A stretch of DNA of 64,000 nt from assembly GCA_963663765.2 (NCBI GenBank), contig CAXXUA010000004.1:256001-320000 (forward strand), given 5' to 3'. Made by a program: the position numbers and the translations under genes. Each line of letters opens with the position of its first letter. Within the stretch, counting starts at the first letter, position 1. Source of the stretch: Candidatus Poribacteria bacterium. GTDB lineage: Bacteria > Poribacteria > WGA-4E > WGA-3G. The notes beneath the pieces are model-generated. The model worked only from the letters and a program-made list of their open reading frames with translations, had not been told where the DNA came from and did not search any database. Below are positions 61,409 to 64,000 of this stretch, in pieces.

Positions 61409-61567
61409 CAGGACTTACGCAGTTTTCTTGATTTAATCAAGAATTATGTTGAAAATGATGTAATTAATCAGTATTTTTATAGGGTTCCAGCGCGCTTACA
61501 AAGCACCAAATCAACGGTATGAATGCCATTTAGGCATTCCCCGCCTACCGTTTTTGCGTAAGTTCTG
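61409..61567. mobile_element. MITE, CAGGACTTACGCA family
   Basis: Terminal inverted repeats with 1 mismatch; 5-bp duplication ATTCT. Confidence 0.88.
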
Positions 61568-61656
61568 ATTCTTAAAGCTTAATACCTCTGACTTATTTGT
61601 GATACTCATGAAAACTATTTAACGATTCTAATACTCTGAATAAGGAAAACAAAAAA

Positions 61657-63051
61657 ATGAGAAAAATACTTGCATTACTGATTTGCGTCAGTCTATTAAC
61701 GTTAGTTGCTGTATATACATCAAAAACAATTGCAGACAACCATGCTGAAAAAGTTTCACAGACTACCAATTTTGAAAAAAATTGGCATCACTGGCGAGGT
61801 CCACTTGCAACGGGATACGCTGTTAACGCTAACCCACCAATTACATGGAGTGAGACCAAAAACATTCGGTGGAAGGTTGAAGTCCCCGGCTTAGGACACG
61901 CAACACCTATCATCTGGAAAGATAAAGTCTATATTCAGACCGCAATCCAAGGAAAAATACAGGAAACCGAGACACCTAAAGTTGAAAACCCTCCTAAACA
62001 AGAACAACCCGAAAGAAGACGGGGTAGGAGGGGAAATAGAAACAGAACGTTTCCTCCCTATAAGTTTGAACTCCTCGCTCTAAACAGAAGTGATGGAAGT
62101 GTTGCATGGCAAGAAACACTTCGTGAAACCAAACCTCATGAAGGAATTCACAATGATGCAAGTTTTGCTTCTAATTCTCCAATAACGGACGGTGAACACA
62201 TCTATGCATATTTTGGTTCCAGAGGACTCTATTGCTTAGATATGAAAGGAAATATCAAGTGGGAGAAGGACATCGGAATCATGCAGAAAAGGAACACTTT
62301 CGGTGAAGGCAGCTGTCCAATGATACATGGCAACACAATTGTCATACTGCAAGACCATGAAGGACAATCCTTTATTACCGCCCTGGATAAGTACACAGGA
62401 GACGAAATCTGGAAAATATACAGGAATGAACCCACAACTTGGACATCCCCCATCGTCGTTGATTACAACGGCAAATCGCAAGTAATTGTACCCGCTACAA
62501 ACCGCACTTGCAGCTACGATTTAACCAATGGTGATATAATATGGGAGTGTGGCGGTATGACTCAAAATGTTATCCCATCTCCGATGTACAAAGATGGACA
62601 TATCTATGTTATCAGTGGTCACAGGGGAAGTTCACTACAATCTATTAACCTCAAACAAGCCACAGGCGATATAACTGGCACAGAGGCTGTAAATTGGCAA
62701 TATGACCGTGACACACCCTACGTGCCATCAGCATTTCTCAGTGACGAAATTATCTATTTCTTAAAAAGAAATGACAATATACTTACAGCAATTGATATTA
62801 ACAATGGAAATGTGCTGTACGGTCCAGTTAGAGTACAAGGCGTATCAGGCGTGTATGCTTCTATCGTTGGTGCAGCAGGGAAGGTATATATAGCAGGAAG
62901 GAATGGAGTCGTCGCAGTCATAAAAGACGGTCCCGACTTTGAAATACTGGCTCAAAACAAACTTGATGAAATCTTCAATGCTTCTCCTGCAATCGTCGGA
63001 TCAGAATTATATCTGCGCGGTACAAAACATCTATACTGCATTGCAGAATAA
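61657..63051 (+). CDS. PQQ-like beta-propeller protein (close paralog of 57525-58889)
   Basis: Co-linear, with the same 'NWHHWRGP', 'GLGHATPIIWKDK', an Arg-rich loop and 'HLYCIAE' end. Confidence 0.9.
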   Translation: MRKILALLICVSLLTLVAVYTSKTIADNHAEKVSQTTNFEKNWHHWRGPLATGYAVNANPPITWSETKNIRWKVEVPGLGHATPIIWKDKVYIQTAIQGKIQETETPKVENPPKQEQPERRRGRRGNRNRTFPPYKFELLALNRSDGSVAWQETLRETKPHEGIHNDASFASNSPITDGEHIYAYFGSRGLYCLDMKGNIKWEKDIGIMQKRNTFGEGSCPMIHGNTIVILQDHEGQSFITALDKYTGDEIWKIYRNEPTTWTSPIVVDYNGKSQVIVPATNRTCSYDLTNGDIIWECGGMTQNVIPSPMYKDGHIYVISGHRGSSLQSINLKQATGDITGTEAVNWQYDRDTPYVPSAFLSDEIIYFLKRNDNILTAIDINNGNVLYGPVRVQGVSGVYASIVGAAGKVYIAGRNGVVAVIKDGPDFEILAQNKLDEIFNASPAIVGSELYLRGTKHLYCIAE

Positions 63052-63070
63052 ACGCAATCATGTTCTATCG

Positions 63071-63100
63071 TAAAGGTGGGTCTCTGTACCCGCCTTTATT
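63071..63100 (+). terminator. Hairpin after the 63051 stop (member of the GGCGGGGTCTCTGTGCCCCGCC REP family)
   Basis: TAAAGGTGGGT-CTCTGT-ACCCGCCTTTA followed by TT. Confidence 0.5.
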
Positions 63101-63143
63101 CAGATTTATGGATAATTATACAATTGATTCTACACATAGTGGA

Positions 63144-64000
63144 ATGAAAAACCCCTTAAAATATTACAACTTGGTTGTATGTTTCATTGGAACATGTCTA
63201 TTTCTGAGTTTTTTACACAATACTTATGGATTCATATCTCTAAGACATCATCATTATCTTAAGGAAAGACCTGATTCAAATCTCTTAATAGGGAAAGTGC
63301 ATGAAAGTCACTGGGATATCATCTATGGCTACGGAGATGAATGTTCAGATGAAAAAAAAGCAGAATTCAAAGAATTCGAAAAAATGATGACCACTGCTTT
63401 ACAAATGTGGCTACAACCACTTAGAGAAATCAATACTGATACCCCGATTGTCTCTGATTTTCGCTATCATTTACGTGACAAAACCGTTACATTTGAAGAG
63501 ATGGAAAAAGCAGATCTATCCATTTTAGATTCCTGTGAAGTCGGTAGATCTGGTATCGGTTTTGATGTTAGGTTGCCACCAGGAATCTTAATCAGACGTG
63601 GTATGCTTTTGGACGACGTTTTAATGTCTGCACTCATCCATGAGATAGGACATGCATTCGGACTTGGTGATACTTACATCGGAAGATCTGATCTAGTACC
63701 AAGTGCAAGTAAGGGTGGTTTAATAAATCTTATAGGAACGCAACCAGCCTCTATTATGGGAATGCATGTGCATAGGTATATTCCCAACTTTTTAACTGAA
63801 GATGATAAAAACGGTATCGTGTGGATTTACAAGGCTTTTCATGAGGAACTTGTACCAGAGGACTGTTTTTTTACAAACTATAAGTACGAGGAAAACCCAG
63901 ATGGTTGCGTTCCGAAGTCACCTTTGATATTTGAAATCAGACAAGGACATGAGAAATTCACCCTTGACATACTGAGAGATGATGTGAACATTGATATCAA
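63144..64000 (+). CDS. Secreted metzincin-like zinc metalloprotease, possibly followed by ankyrin repeats (3' partial; missing from the ORF track)
   Basis: Open frame MKNPLKYYNLVVCFIG...; HEIGHAFGLGD and Met-turn 'PASIMG'; ends 'PLIFEIRQGHEKFTLDILRDDVNIDI'. An alternative in-frame ATG is at 63108. Confidence 0.85.
   Translation, partial: MKNPLKYYNLVVCFIGTCLFLSFLHNTYGFISLRHHHYLKERPDSNLLIGKVHESHWDIIYGYGDECSDEKKAEFKEFEKMMTTALQMWLQPLREINTDTPIVSDFRYHLRDKTVTFEEMEKADLSILDSCEVGRSGIGFDVRLPPGILIRRGMLLDDVLMSALIHEIGHAFGLGDTYIGRSDLVPSASKGGLINLIGTQPASIMGMHVHRYIPNFLTEDDKNGIVWIYKAFHEELVPEDCFFTNYKYEENPDGCVPKSPLIFEIRQGHEKFTLDILRDDVNIDI

Overview
Gene-dense, AT-rich bacterial chromosome segment. The gene repertoire (PQQ-type and YCF48 propellers, ASPIC/UnbV and FGE-domain proteins, secreted proteins ending in a 'V-x-P-x-x-K-x-x-x-x-W-G-x-L-K' tail) resembles Candidatus Poribacteria; this is inference and no search was run. 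Housekeeping content: lepA, lepB, selA/selB/selC, lipA, dapB, dapL, metH, an AddA/UvrD-type helicase, a TrmH-family methyltransferase, archease, an ABC ATPase, two M16C peptidases and a GHMP-kinase/GalU fusion. The most unusual signal is non-coding. The intergenic regions hold at least six families of transposase-less inverted-repeat elements (MITEs), each with its own target-site duplication (5 bp, about 8-9 bp, 9 bp, TWA, TA, and an unusually long 19-20 bp). Most carry GTAG-type REP hairpins, and they nest inside one another. At 31.6-33.8 kb one REP unit is amplified into about 38 copies of a 43-bp G-rich repeat, wrapped in a multi-layer nest of elements. A 34-36 nt 'CAAATCAACG+hairpin' module inserts at AC^G sites inside different REPs. 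Protein-level candidates for new systems are repeated [secreted protein]-[membrane-anchored partner]-[GspC-like] cassettes with a homogenised junction, and a putative C-terminal sorting signal. I found no transposase, RAYT, reverse transcriptase or cas gene in the window.
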